This document shows, one piece after another, positions 47,181-61,858 of a stretch of 64,000 nt of DNA (the stretch's first letter is position 1; every line of letters begins with the position of its first letter). The notes below the pieces were generated by a model. It ran no database searches, was not told where the DNA came from, and worked only from the letters and a program-made list of their open reading frames with translations. The position numbers and the translations under genes were made by a program. The stretch spans positions 2,491,266 to 2,555,265 of the forward strand of contig NW_003314261.1 in NCBI RefSeq assembly GCF_000143415.4, in the 5' to 3' direction. The stretch is from Selaginella moellendorffii. Taxonomy: Eukaryota; Plantae; Lycopodiophyta.

Positions 47181-47360
47181 GAATTTGGAGAAGCTGGTGT
47201 CAAGTCGTCATCTTAAAAAAGTTGCTTCCACTGCAAGATTGTCTCCAAGCATAATGTATTGTCCCTGTTTTACTTATAAACGCATGAAAAGAGCTTAATA
47301 TAATAATAATTATAATAAACCAAATTTGAAAACACAAAAGTGAATATATATAGTTGCTTT

Positions 47361-48743
<1,383 letters not shown>

Positions 48744-49078
48744 TGAGAGACTCTTGTCGCCAGGAAAACTCCGAGTGATGGCCGGACCTAAGCACGATCA
48801 ATCAGGTTAGAGACAAATTTTGTGTTTTCTTGCGGTTTGGAATCTAGTTTGACGAAGGAGGGGACATTCTTTTGTTCGGTCAGATTGTTCGTTTTGCGGG
48901 TCAACGGGTTCCAAGCTCGAATCTCTTCGTTGTGAAGTAAGTGGCCATGGAATCTGGAAGTTCATGATTGAGCACCATAGCTTTTAAGCTGTCGATATAT
49001 TGAATATATATCTGCGCATTTGCCTCAAGTTATCTGTGTGGCAGCCTATCTTGTTTGCTTGGTGTGTGGAGATCGAGA

Positions 49079-49306
49079 ATGGCGGTGGAGCAGAGGAAGA
49101 GCGCGGCGGTGATTTGGGCATTTGCATTTGCGATGGTTTTGATGATTGGAGCGGTGGCTGCTAAAGGAGGTGATGGGCATGGAACTGGAGGGCGGCCCCA
49201 AACTGGTAAATCTTCCAAGAGCACTGCTGTTGCTGCTGCGAAACTCATGCCGCAAGATATGATTCTTGGTTTCCTGGGTTTGATGTTTAGCTGGGTCTGG
49301 ATGTAA
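49079..49306 (+). CDS. Small secreted, probably GPI-anchored Gly-rich peptide (75 aa)
   Basis: Signal peptide ending AVAA; mature KGGDGHGTGGRPQTGKSSKS; small-residue omega region; hydrophobic tail MILGFLGLMFSWVWM; TATA-like sequence at about 49004. Confidence 0.6.
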   Translation: MAVEQRKSAAVIWAFAFAMVLMIGAVAAKGGDGHGTGGRPQTGKSSKSTAVAAAKLMPQDMILGFLGLMFSWVWM

Positions 49307-50515
49307 CTTTGGATATATCTTTGGATTTCAATTGGCCTTTTTAAAAACAGCTCGCTCAGAGTTATAAGACAATTTTTCTTTAATCAAGTCTTAACCATCT
49401 TAGGCTGATTCACGCCTCCTCTGTAGCTCCAGCAAAAATCCCTGCCATACATAAGTAGCTTGAGATGTTCTTTGGAGCTTCTAAGCAATAGGTGACAAGA
49501 GCAACTAGAAAGAAACTCCCAAACATGAGATTGTTTTTGTGGCTTGACCCAGCAGTTGCGATTTCAAACAAAAACAAGCTGTAAACTTGATATACAATGA
49601 TGAAAAAACTAATTGAATCTGAGAAGATATCAAGAGAACTTCCCGATGCGATATTCACTATTTGAAACATTTGACGAATATACCATTTTATATAAAATTA
49701 TATATTGTGGCTAAAAGGTTCTTTTTATAAATGCAAGGAAGAATCCAGAGTCCTTTTTAGCGACAGATGGAGTCTTATGCAATGGTGACGATGGTCATGA
49801 TCGCCCTAGCCAATTGCACGGTCGAATAGTGAATGGCATGGAACTGATTGTCTATGGGGAAGTGCATTGCAGCAGATCACGTTTTTGTCAATCTAAAAAC
49901 CGAGCTAAAATATCTTTTTATGGATATGATCTTGGATTTCGCTTAGAATTATAAGACAATTAAGTCTTAAACATCTTAGGCAGAATTATTGATTGATGCA
50001 AAGAGTTATAAAGCATTAGAGATTTGTGAAACACAAAAAACTTTTTGGGATTGGTTGAAGATGATGAACTCCCTGCTAGTTAGACTTCTTCAAATCTAAT
50101 GAATCACTAAACTGATTCTTCCAGGAAATCTTAAGCCTCATCTGTATCTCATTAACAAAAAATAGAAACCAGGTATTGTATTTGATATTTATTAATATAT
50201 AATTACATATTTTTAAAACTAACTTCATGAATATTCATGATGCCCTAAAGTTGGATTTTAGACCGGACACATCCTGGGCTGGAGCATCGGTCCACATTAA
50301 AGCGATCATGGCCATCATCCATGAGAATATCAATTCATGGAGTTAAGATTTGAGAAAATCTTTATTTTGATAAATAGCAAAATCTTAACAATCCAAAAAA
50401 ACTATAAATCGATTTCTGAATATTATTTATGTACAGAAAAAGCCCCATATTTCACAATTACCACTGGTAATTTACCAGTCTCGGAGGAGTTTTGCACCCC
50501 TCCATTTTATGTTGG

Positions 50516-50903
50516 CTAGGTTACTATTTGCAAAACACGTACAACCCGTGAATCTTCCTGATAGTAAATACCATAACCATATATGTTCCATCTTATGGCA
50601 TTGTTTGAGTTGCACAGCTCCTTGTCCCTCCTGTCAAATACGGTAAAAGTGGCAGTCTTACCGTTCCATTTAGCCGTGCACCAAAACCAAGTATCCCATC
50701 TCATTTGGAATTCCCAGCGCGTGAAAGCATTGTCGTGTAGAACAATAGGGTCACACAAGAGATTCATGTCACTGCCACACCAGTTCACAACAAACACCTG
50801 AAAGTCTTGGTAGAAATTTTTTCCTGCAGCAATCATAACCATGGGTTGTAGAAGAGCTATATAGAATCAAAACTAAGAATGCCAATACTCTGCTCCTTGA
50901 CAT
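50516..50903 (-). pseudogene. S-protein homologue (SPH/Self-incomp_S1-like) secreted protein, apparently frameshifted in the signal peptide
   Basis: FQVFVVNWCGSDMNLLC...WEFQMRWDTWFWCTAKWNGKTATFTVFDRRDKELC...IRWNIYGYGIY fits the SPH pattern. The hydrophobic leader MSRSRVLAFLVLILY from the ATG at 50903 is in another frame. Confidence 0.55.
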
Positions 50904-51236
50904 GATCATAGCTGTGATCTCATTGCTTGTATTAAATCAAAATTGCCAATATTTTGCTTCTCATGATCATGATTGGGTCTCTGTTTATAAGGATAAAACC
51001 ATAGCATTGTTTAGATTTGAGAAAGACAATGGTAGAGAAAGCTATTCTGGCTTTCTTCTGTTTTTTTGGAACTTGGGAAAAAGGCCTTTTCTTTGTCTTG
51101 ATAAAATAAGAAATTAATTATTATTAGTATCCTTTAGCGTTTATAAACAGGACTGTAAATCATACTTAATTATATGTAAAGTTAGTCACATTTAAACAAA
51201 CCAGTTCCAGTTTGAATTGCGCTAGGGCTTTGGGAA

Positions 51237-54200
51237 ATGGTGGGGTCTTGTGGCGGCAACTATGCCGCCACTGCGACGCTCTTTCGCGGCGTGCGATTCT
51301 TCCTGTCCGGCTTCGATCGCGCCGAGGAGTGCCAGGTGAGTGAGATTTTTGGCGACCGCCACGATTTCTCGCCCCGCCGCTGTGGTGCAGTTCATCGATG
51401 CCCTGGAGCAGCATGGAGCGAGCAATGCAGGCCAATACTCGAGCTCTTGCAGCCATGTCATCGTTTCGCAGCATACCTATGTAGGCATTTTATCATTCCA
51501 TCTCTATGATTCATCCATCGCGCTTGGCAGGACGATCCGATTTGTGCTGCTGCTAGAAAAGATGGGAAGGTTCTTGTTACCAAGAGCTGGGTCCTGGACT
51601 CTCTGGAGCAATGCGAGTTAAAGAATGCAAACAGCGTAAGTTTTTCTTCGTCATTCGCTGCCTTGTGGTCTCTAAAAAATCTTCTCACGTTGCGTAGGTT
51701 CTTTACATGCCCGTCAGGGATCTGGCTGGGATCCCAGGTGCTAAGAAAGTCTGCGTTTGTTTGACTGGATACCAAAGCGCGTCTCGGCGAGAGATTGAGG
51801 TGGAGTTCTTTGTTCTTTGTGCACGGGCATGAAACACTTCTCTTGTCCTTTTGATTTAACAGGCAATGGTAGCTATGATGGGCGCATCTTTCACTAAACC
51901 GTTAGATGCTAGGAAGGTGACTCACCTGGTCTGCTACAAGTTTGAAGGTGAAACGTTTCTAGCGTTTTGTCACTTAATCTAACTTCTGCGTTCGTAACCA
52001 GGTGACAAGTACGAGCTTGCGGAGCATATGAAATTAAAGCTTGTGAACCATCGCTGGCTTGAGGACTGGTAAGCTCGGCGATATTAGTCTGCCTGTGCAT
52101 ATAACTTTCTGGTAGTAACTTTCTGTAGTTTAAGGACGTGGTCCTTAGTGGACGAGGCGAATTACAGGATAAGGTGGGGCATTGTGGAAGCTTTATTATG
52201 GGGCAACTAATTTGAGTGCTACTGCAGTGCCCACGACCTGGAAATTGCTGAGGCACAAGCTAAAGACGCTCAAGTTTCTGAGCAACCAAACGAGACGAAT
52301 GCTGCACCTCCCGAAATCGCTCCGGATCCACCTGACGTCGATTCAGAGGCTACAACGCAACTGTGTGAGGCTGAAGACGACTGCGTTGTGGAGGGTGAAA
52401 ACGTCACCAGTAAGTTCATGGGCTCACCTATGGATACCGGCAACGACAGTGCTACTAAACAAAGGGTGATGGATACCGTCAACGACAGTGCTGCTAAACT
52501 AGCAGAGCAAAGGGTGATGGATACCGGCAACGACCGTGCTACTAAATCAGCAGAGCACAGGGTGATGCCGAGTAATGCAAGGAACGAGTCGCTGTCAGGA
52601 GGGGAAAGCGAATCTCCTAGTTTGAAGAAGAGGAAAAGTTTTGAGGCGTCCAGTGACCATAAAAAAACTGGCGAGGATTCAATCAGGAAGAGAGGCAGGC
52701 CTTTAAGTAGTCTTTCGCCGCGGCCTCGTCACTCGGACCGGACTATGGATGGCCAGAGTCCTGATGCAGTGAAACAGTCCCCGTCAAAAAGCAGTAACGG
52801 TATGAATCTGTCTCTCTTGGTCTTTTCCAACGTCGAGAAATGTTAATGCAGGATCAGGCAAAAGGATCTACATTGAGCCGGAGAGAAGCTCATTTCACTC
52901 CAAGTCAGGTACACATTTGCTGGCGTAAATTTTCTCGCTGACGGAATGTAACTTCAGGATCGGCTGCCAAAAAAAGTGGCAAACACAATGCAGCGGGTAT
53001 GGGCATGGACAACAAAAAGGAGGGGAGCTTCAAAAGCCGGAGGCTGACCAGAAGCGGTTCGAAGGACAGTATCACGGACGCAAACGGACATGAAACTCGA
53101 AGAAAGTCCTTATCGGGATCAGCTGAGAAACTAACTAGCAAGGACGATGCAGTGGAGTCGAAGCATCAGCCTGCAAACGAGCCCAAGGCACAGAAGCAAA
53201 CGGACGTCATAAATCTTGATGATGAGGAAGAGAAAAAAGATGAAGCTGCAAAAGAAGCTGCCGAAGTACCTGTAAAGCGGGGAAGAGGACGACCGAAGAA
53301 GTCGAAGCCGATAATCCCAGAAACAACAAAAGACTATCGGTTCGCTTTGAGTGGACATACCGAGGAGAAGAGGAAGCACAGGCTTGTCATTCGGAGCCTC
53401 CACGGCCACCTCTGCAGGGACGACCACATCTGGAAAGAGCAGACGACTCACTGCGTGATGGGCTCGCCGCTTCGGCGAACCGAAAAACTCTTCGCTGCTC
53501 TGGCTTCCGGACGGTACGTTGGTATACTCGATTCTCCCGGCTTTCTAACCTCACTCTTCCAGATGGATACTCAAGTTCGACTATCTGGAAGCTTGTGCAA
53601 AGGCCAGGAGATTCGTCGACGAGGAACCATACGAGTGGTTCGAGCCAGGAGATGCAAAAGACGGAACGATCGACCTGAGAGCTCCAAGGAAATGGCGGCT
53701 GTCTAAGCAGGAAACCGGCTGTGGTGCCTTCGAAGGACTGAGAGTGATCGTGTATGGAGAATGCATTCTTCCCTCCTTGGTAAGAGCCTTCCTTTCTTTT
53801 CTAGTTCCTTGGTTCTTAGCTTTGATCGTCAGGGTACTCTCAAACGCGCCATCAAGGCCGGAGGAGGAGCTGTGGTGGCGGTGGAGCCACCATACACAAT
53901 TCCTCTAGCAACCGGGGTGGACTTCGCGATCGTCGGGCTGGGAATCCCCGAGAACGATCCACGCGTGGTGGAGATCCTCAAGCGCAAGGTGGCGTGCGTG
54001 AGGGACGAGTTCTTCGTGGAGTTCGTGTGCAATCCATCCGCGAGCTGGGAGAAGCACGTCCTCTTCAGCACCGAGGCCGCGGTGGAGAAAGCTCTCGCCA
54101 AGCTCGCCACCATCAAGTCATACTCATCGCACAAGCAGTCAGGAGGAGGAGAAGAGGATGATGGTGGCGGAGGAGCAGCGGCGGCGGTCGTGGCGGAGGA

Positions 54201-54366
54201 AGAAATGGATCGAGCTTGCAACGTTTGCGGTCGCAAAGATAGCGAAGAAGTGATGCTCTTCTGCGATGGAGACGATTGCGAGGTTGCGACGCATACGTTT
54301 TGCCTGGAGCCGCCGCTGGACAAAGTTCCAGCGGGAGACTGGTACTGTGCTCGTTGTTCTTCCTAA
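51237..54366 (+). CDS. Multi-BRCT-domain protein with C-terminal PHD finger (At4g02110-like)
   Basis: LFRGVRFFLSGFD; VCLTGYQ...MVAMMGASFTKPLDARKVTHLVCYKFEGDKYELA; PLRRTEKLFAALASGRWIL; AT-hook KRGRGRPKK; PHD CNVCGRKDSEEVMLFCDGDDCEVATHTFCLEPPLDKVPAGDWYCARC. Confidence 0.92.
52428..52567 (+). repeat. Coding tandem repeat (36-42 bp units, VMDTGNDSA[T/A]K) in the BRCT gene linker
   Basis: ATGGATACCG..AACGAC.GTGCT.CTAAA repeated three times. Confidence 0.8.
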
Positions 54367-54464
54367 AAATGTGTTAAAAAAATGATAGTCCTCTCAAGAA
54401 CCCTAATATTTGAATGTTTTAACAATGTTTTAACAGCAAGAACCCTAATTTTTTATCGCCAAGT

Positions 54465-55256
54465 ATGTGGATCACGCGCTTCTTGTCTGTGCTAGGGTTC
54501 TTGGCGCTGGGCCTGGCGCTCTCGCCGCTTGGGGATCATCTCCGTGGCTGGGCGGCGGGCAAGAATGCGGCAGCTGGAGGCGGAGCTCTGGCGGTGCGAA
54601 TGGTGCATCTCCTGGGATTTGCCACGGCGTGGGGGACGTCGCTCTGGGTGACTTTCATTGGCGGGATTATCATGTTTAAGTGAGTGCCTCGATTCTTTCT
54701 CGCTTTCTGGCTAGGAATTCTCTGACTGGAAAAAAACTTCTTTTGGATTCAAAGGCATCTTCCAAGGCACCAGTTTGGGAATCTCCAGTCGAAGCTCTTC
54801 CCCGTCTACTTCGAATTGCTAGCGGTGTGTTCCACTGCGTGTATTGGAGCGTTTTCTCTGCTACACCCTTGGGGATCGAGCACCAGTGCCGAGAAGATGC
54901 AGCTCGGAGCTCTCGTTTTCTCGCTGGTGGGGACGCTTCTCAACCTACTAGTCTTCGAGCCCATGACAATCAAGGTAACCAAAAGTCATCCATCTCAAGA
55001 GCTTTTTTTTCTCATCTCTCTTTGAAACAAACCTGTGCAGACAATGAAGGAGAGGCACAAGATCGAGAGAGAAGAATCGATCGGAGAAGAAGTTGGACTC
55101 TCCAAGAACAAGGAGGCGGCCAAGCGCAACCCGGCCCTTGCCAAGATCAACAAGAAGTTTGGCATGGTTCACGGCCTGTCCTCTTTGGCGAATCTCTTCT
55201 GTTTCGGAGGATTCGCCGTCCACTCCTGGTATCTGGCAGGAAAGTTGGCCCTGTGA
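54465..55256 (+). CDS. TMEM205/DUF4149 membrane protein (3 exons)
   Basis: VHLLGFATAWGTSLWVTFIGGIIMFK/HLPRHQFGNLQSKLFPVYF...NLLVFEPMTIK/TMKERHKIERE...NKKFGMVHGLSSLANL. Confidence 0.9.
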
Positions 55257-55419
55257 CAAGTTTTATCAGCATTGGTAGACAACGCCAAGATAGAAACCAA
55301 CAGGCAAGGCATTTTTGCATCTCTCCTTTATCGTAAATAACGTAAGAAGGTTATGAAAGCAATCCAGGCTCATTTCTGGATTGCAATTGAATCAAACCAC
55401 TCTGTCCTTCCTTACAGTG

Positions 55420-55989
55420 TTAACAGGAGCTTGTTGCTATTCTACTGATGCTAGAACTATCCGTGGACGATCTCCTCTCGCGCCGAAGTAGCAACATTCG
55501 TTGGCGGGTTTTCTCGGCTCTCTTGGTCACGTAGACGTAGCTCCCTGCTACTCCAAATACCACTCCCACGATCACTATCAAAGCTATCCCTGCCCTGACC
55601 ACTCCTCCATTGATGGTGGCACGGCTGACACTGACGCCAGGCACTGGAGATGGAGCCGGGGACCTCTCGTGCTCGTCACTGTCTTCTTCTCCCAGTGTTG
55701 CGGGAGGCTTGACGATCGATGGCGCTTGTGCTTGCAAAGATGGGGCCGGGGACCTCTCGTGGTCTTCGTCCTCGTCCCTCTCATGATCGTCATCGTCTTC
55801 TTCTAGCAGCGCTGCGGGTGGCTTGACGATCGAGAACTCGGATGGTGCTTGTGCTTGCGGAGCTGGAGAGAGAGAGACCTGGAGACGACGACTGGAGCGT
55901 TGCTGAGCGCTACACAGCTGCAACCTTGAGAACACCATCGCCACCACCACCGCCACGACTACAATCTTCCTGCATTCTATCCGAGCCAT
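55420..55989 (-). CDS. Single-pass membrane protein with repeated Pro/acidic ectodomain (AGP-like)
   Basis: Signal peptide; duplicated unit QAQAPS..IVKPPA.L.EED..EHERSPAPS; TM helix AGIALIVIVGVVFGVAGSYVYV; basic tail. Confidence 0.7.
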   Translation of the reverse strand: MARIECRKIVVVAVVVAMVFSRLQLCSAQQRSSRRLQVSLSPAPQAQAPSEFSIVKPPAALLEEDDDDHERDEDEDHERSPAPSLQAQAPSIVKPPATLGEEDSDEHERSPAPSPVPGVSVSRATINGGVVRAGIALIVIVGVVFGVAGSYVYVTKRAEKTRQRMLLLRRERRSSTDSSSISRIATSSC

Positions 55990-56155
55990 TGCAGATCTCT
56001 CTCGATTTGCGTGTCTGGCCTGAAATACGCATGGAGTTCCGCGTTGCCGGCCAAACAGCTAGGATTGCTCTCCCGGACGGCGATTCCTACACGGATGTGC
56101 TGAAAACTTCTCGTTTGACTTGGTATGACTTAAGTCTTTGGTAGGTTCTCGAAGA

Positions 56156-58826
56156 TTAGCTATACACAGGGCAGCCATCCACAACAATCCCAGGCTGCGT
56201 GGGACACTTTGCCAGAGGGCAGTGATCGCGATCCGAGGTCCCCCACCAGGTGAGCGAGACGTCCTCGAGGCCGAGGCTGAAGTAGAGCACCACGGCCATG
56301 AAGGCCGAGCCGGCGTCCAGCGCCGCGGACAGCACGTAGTTGTAGCGCTTCCACCACGCCTTGCGGTACTTGTAGACGAAATAGTTGAAGACGACGCCGA
56401 GTGTGATCCAGGTCGTGTAGTTCACCGACGTCGCGGGTGGCATGTACCCGGTGGCTCCCAGGATCACGGGGATGTTCACGTAGCGCAGGAACTCCACCTT
56501 GGGGAGCGCTCGCGAGAGGATCCAGACGGGAATTGGAGCCAGGATGCCGATGAGGAAAAACCAGCTCAGCTGGCTGTACTCGCCCAGGGAGCCGAAGATC
56601 CGCTTGGGACCGACAAGGCCCCAGATGACTGATGCGTCGAAGAAGACGCGATCGCTGGGGCACGTCCAGGGGCTGCTCGCCGGGAGCTTCTCGGTGTCAC
56701 AGATGTTGTCGATCCCGTTTAGCAGCCACCATGCCACTCCCATGTTGACGGTGGCCGCAATGATCGTTCCTACAATCTGGGAAGCATGAAGATATCTTAG
56801 ACCTTTGAAATTGATCAATGGTGGTCTGGGTGCTTTACCTGGACGGTGAACATCGATCGTGGTGGGATCTTCATGTAGTGGCCGAGCTTAAAGTCGGAAA
56901 GAAACGAGAGCGCTTGGGTCATGCTCATGTACCCATACGTCTTGAAGACAACGTTGGCGATGGGCTTCCCCGGAAGCATGTAACCCACGATATACTCGGT
57001 GATGATGTTTAGTCCCGGAGTCTGTGACCACAGTGAAGTAAGAAAGCAAACAAAAAGAGAGCTACAAAGCCAAAAGTGATGGAGTACTCACGATGTTGGT
57101 GGTGGCAGTGATAACTCCAACTGGGAGCGTGAAAGTTGCGGCAATGGCGCAGGAGAGAATCACACCCCACCACGGGAGCTGGATTTGCTCCTTAAAGCCC
57201 AAGCAAGTCGCGATGGCTACACCCAGCGAAACCAACATGAGAATCACAAACCACAAGTTGGGGATTGTTGGGTATCGCTGCATCATTCGCGCATGAACAT
57301 CGGGTGGAGACTTGAGTGCGGACCGGCTCATCCTCCAAATGTCCCTATGCGCAAAGTCGAGTTTAGTGCGAGAAAAGGTGGCAAGAAACTGTGTAAAAGT
57401 TACGAGAAAAAAAAGCTTACTTTCCGTGGAAGCAGAGGACGTGGGTGATGGTTGACGCTACGGCCGCGAAGCCAAACCCGTACGTCATGGCGAAGAATGT
57501 GCTCATGTGGATGGGACCTTGCCGCTGGTATTCCGCCATGTCCAGCTCGAACTTATCATTCACCACCTTTTGTATGTCGTAGATCTGGCCCTTGGACGTA
57601 AACAGATGGCTGGAGAAGATCGGAAAGGTCTTGGCGTTGTAGATGTTGGCCCAATAGAAGGTTGGCATCATCACGTAGGCGATGAGGATGTAGCCCACGG
57701 CGACGTTGGCGATGGCGAAGAATGGAGAGACGAGAGGACTTCCGAGGTAAGAGGAGGCCGAAGCCCAGTCGAGGCCGATGGCGCCGAGTCCGAGCCCCTG
57801 GAAGCCCGACCCGAGCTGCTGTGCCAGGACCGAGTTGGGGAAGGCCCAGCAAACCCAGGAGATGGAGGAGAGGACGCTGAAGAGGTAGCCCGGGAGTGCG
57901 TAGTACGCGAAGCCGACGGTGAGGAAGATGAGGAAGAACTGGATCCTCGTCAGGCCCTTGACGCTCTCCTTGTCGTGTAAAGTCCTGTCAAATGGGTCAT
58001 GGTCAAGATTAGAATCGATCACGCGAGAGATATGATCTTGGGTCAAGAGTTGCGAGAAAGTCCAAGAACTTGGGGACCAAATGGAGAGTAAACGATGGAG
58101 ACTAAAGGAGCTAAGCTATGGACTTACTTGAAAAGAGAGACTTGCACGAGGTTCCCGGGCCACCACATACTCGCAGGCTCCACCAGATACTTTCGCAAAA
58201 GACCAGCCCATCCATAGCCCAAGACCTCAAGCAGTCAAATCAATCACTTGCAACTTAGCTTCTTCGAGGAAAACAAGGAAGAGAAAGCGAGAAAGAAAAG
58301 CTTGATTTGTTACCTGAGTGGTGATCACCAGCAAGAGCCCAGTGTAGAAATGGATCTTCCTCTTGTAGAAAGCTTTGATGATGTCGACGATGAAGACCGC
58401 GTAAGCCCCTCCATTCCCAAACGCGGAGCCAGCATTGGCGAAGATGGTGATAAGGACGTGCTCCTTCTTGTTGAAGGGCCCCGGATTGAGCGAGAACTCG
58501 AAGCCCGTGAAGGGGACGCGGTAGATCCTGGTGGGCAGCACCGCGGCCATGAAGCGGCCGATTGGCAGCGCCACGATCTGGGCCGAGGTGAGCGTGATCA
58601 CCAGCGGCTCCGTGCGGTAGGAGAAGAACTGGTTGAGGAAGGAGAGCATTGCGCACGCAAGGATGCCAATCGCCCACATCCGGAACGTCCACACTGGCTG
58701 CGAGGGATCGTCCTCCACATCCACCGTGAGCGCCACTTGCTCAATTGGCGATTGCTCCTCTTTCGAATCGCCATGGAACTCTTCCTCTTGCTCACCTCGC
58801 TTGCCCGCCTCCATGTCGGTCGCCAT
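56156..58826 (-). CDS. Oligopeptide transporter (OPT family, PT clade)
   Basis: [13 protein letters not shown]...[13 protein letters not shown]; [21 protein letters not shown]; [13 protein letters not shown]; [23 protein letters not shown]; [16 protein letters not shown]. Confidence 0.95.
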
Positions 58827-59368
58827 AGCGGCTCTCTTCTTTTTCTCACTGGCTTGCCCCTCCAAGAAGCATGGAAGGAGAAAGAAAACTGGAAGAAATC
58901 TAGACTTTAGGAGAGCACGCAAAAGGAGACCGCCTATAAATATTTCCAGCACTTTGGCTCTTAAAATGGATCATGTGTTCCTTGTTTGGATTAAAATTGC
59001 CAACCATGGCAATGATTTTTACACATATGACGGCATTGTTAAATGATTCTTTTTCAAAGTTGTTTTCCCACTCGCACGCGGAGAATTGAATGCAACGTTG
59101 AACTTAGTGTAAATCAGTACTATAAAGGTTTTACGATATTCTAATCAGCACACGTTTAGATCGATCGATTCTTTGATATCTGACTAGTCTTTATCCGGAA
59201 AAACAATATTTGCTTTCGATGAGAAAATGCGAGAAAGGGATTTATCAGATTCTCGCGACTTTTCCACCAGATTATTCATGTTTTCATGTCGGAAATGACG
59301 AGATTAGCACTGCAAAGTGTCGAGGACAAGTTAATCGAAACTCGTAAAGAACACTTGACTTACCACGA

Positions 59369-61802
59369 TCACGCACTGGTAATAATGCGCTGCTTGAGCT
59401 CTTCTGGTAACTTGTTCTGGGACTGCGCAAAGGAACCTCACGAGTTAAAAGCCACGTAGAGATTTAGAGATGGATTTTTCACGTACCTGGAAATGACGCA
59501 TGAAGAGTATGGGAGCACATCCAAGTTGGGTCATGGATTGGCCACCGACGTCCCTTTTCATGTGCTTGATCTCGTGCGCAGATAGAAAATCTTCCTTGTG
59601 CGTCCCAGCTAGCGCACAAACTCGTAGTAGCGCATCTAGCGAATTCATCTACACCGAGAGACGTAGAGAGTTAAAAACGCAGCGAGATAAAAGCAAAGCT
59701 TTTACCTTCATGTATGGACAGGAAGCACATCCTCCACTTGGTGAGCATCCTTCGCCAGAGGAAACGCCTGGGACAATTGTGAAGGCCGAAGAGCTGAGAG
59801 AATTATCCGTGGAAGACGTTGTCACAGCATCGGAGGACACGGGAAAAACGATCTCCACTTCTATGCTTGCACTCTTGCCAGCCGATTTGTCACCCTTGAG
59901 GATGTGTTGCACGGCTGCAGCTATAGCAGTTATCATTCCGGACTCCGTTCCCAATACAAACTGGAGACGATCGTCAAAATCGCGTTCCACTGCTTCCTGG
60001 ACCCGGACCCGGATGAAGTCCAGAATGTTTTGCGTCGATCCTACAATTCCCATTCCCCTTCTTTTCGCTTCCATTGCAAGAGTAAACATTTCCCCTGGAA
60101 CCTCGAAGTGTGCTGTGAGATAGGCATCGCCGTAACCTTCCCGGACCCGGCTCACAACATCCTTTCCAAACATATCGTGCACGATACACGAACCATCCTG
60201 CCACGGTGCCAGTGTCAAAAAACTAATAAAGGCAATGAGCTGCGACTCGGGGCACCTGGAAGTAGTGAAAACGCGGCAGGAGGGAGGCTATTGTTTGCTT
60301 GTTGTGCAAAGGATGGACTGCTGCAATGTCATCGTCCTCCATAGCTGCAAGTTGTTGAAACAATACCGCAAGATTGGCACCCATGTAGGAATCAGGACCA
60401 TACCACACAGTTAGATCGGGTATTTCAGCGAATGCCTGTTACGACAAAAGTGAGTTATCAGACAAAGCAAGAAAAGACAAACCTGTAGTACTGTCTGGAC
60501 AACGTTGGACGAAGTGCACGTAATAGTTGGAACCAAAGAATGAGATCGAGCTTTTGTTTCTAGAGACGTGTTGATGTAGATGACATGCAGAGCTGGAGCC
60601 TTTACACTGCGATTTTCTAAATAGTCTGTGTAAGACGAGCTCTCTGCCGCTTCAGCAAGTGAGCATCCTATTCTTTCCTTGGACATTCGATAAACACGAA
60701 CCTATAGTACCACACATTAATAACACTAACAACAAAAAAGAAAAGAAACAAACCTTTTCGTAGCCAGCCTGATCCAAGATTGCTCTTGCATTCTCGGACA
60801 TAAAGTCCACACCAAGCACAGCAATGGCCTGACAGCCTTGGTCAGCCATCTTAACTGCGCGATCCGCCATGACGAGCGAGTCTGATATGTGGATGTGAGG
60901 CCATAGCTTCTGAGCAGCAACCAAAACACCCTGAACTTCGGGGTCCATGTAAAAATGTGCCACGACTCCGATGCGCTTCTTCCTGAGATAATCTGCAAGA
61001 AGCTGAACCTTAGTTGCGTCTGGCAACAGATACTTCGCCTAAGTAACAAGAAGGAAAAAAAAAAGAGAGACATGAGAACGATATAGAAAGATCTAAGTTT
61101 TATCTTTCTCGTGCCTACCTGCGCGATCGCAAAGCTTCCTTCCGGCTTGAATCCATCGGCAGTGATGACCAGCGAAGGAAAGGGATCAAACGTACGCTTT
61201 CCCTCGCGCCGAGCGAGCAAATGCCTCACGCGCTTCTGTAAAGCAAGGAGCACATTATACCATGTGTTGGATCGCGACGACGAACCACTCAATCCCATGG
61301 TTGCCAGGTCCAGCGACAGCCCCACAATCTCTTCCGCCAGTGCGCCATCGAGAGCCTCCCGGAGAACTGCACAGAATCCCCGAGTCAGCTCGGCATCACT
61401 GTCAGCTCCAAAGTGCACGGCGGCAGCGCCACTGGAATCATCATCTAGACTCGCCGTCAGCCAAACCTGTGCAGTGCAGCCCATGACCCTGTTCTCCGCC
61501 ACGCGCTCCTCGTCCCCGAGCCGCGGCAGCCGCGCGGCCCGATCAAGCAGATACTGGATCCGTGCGCGAGGAGACTCCCCTGCTTGCGCCACGCCGAGCA
61601 AGGATCGCTCAACCCTAGCCGCGAGCGATGGATTATCGCTGCTACCGCGCGATTTACCTTCCTGTTCCAAGATCGTGGACGCGCGAGCGCTCTTGATCCT
61701 GATCCTGCCGCCGCAGCGATATTTCGAGCTCACCGGCTCGGGATTGTGGCGCTGGAATGGAAAAGAGAGCGCGCCATCGCGGAGGGAGAACGCGGCCGCC
61801 AT
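59369..61802 (-). CDS. QS: Plastid quinolinate synthase (SufE-NadA fusion, SufE3)
   Basis: Transit peptide; SufE ENRVMGCTAQVWL; NadA VVAHFYMDPEVQG, IGCSLA, YINTSLETKA, CIVH, TAHFEVPGE, GGCASCPYMK. Stop at 59369-59371. Confidence 0.95.
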
Positions 61803-61858
61803 AGCTTGGCAAAATTAGGGCTCTTGGAAAAGATAAATGTAAAAGAGGGAAAATACAT

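Noticed and set aside
49358-49985. Two copies of TTATAAGACAAT...AAGTCTTAA.CATCTTAGGC
   Set aside because: Short direct duplication in intergenic DNA without termini, TSD or coding signal. It cannot support an element call.
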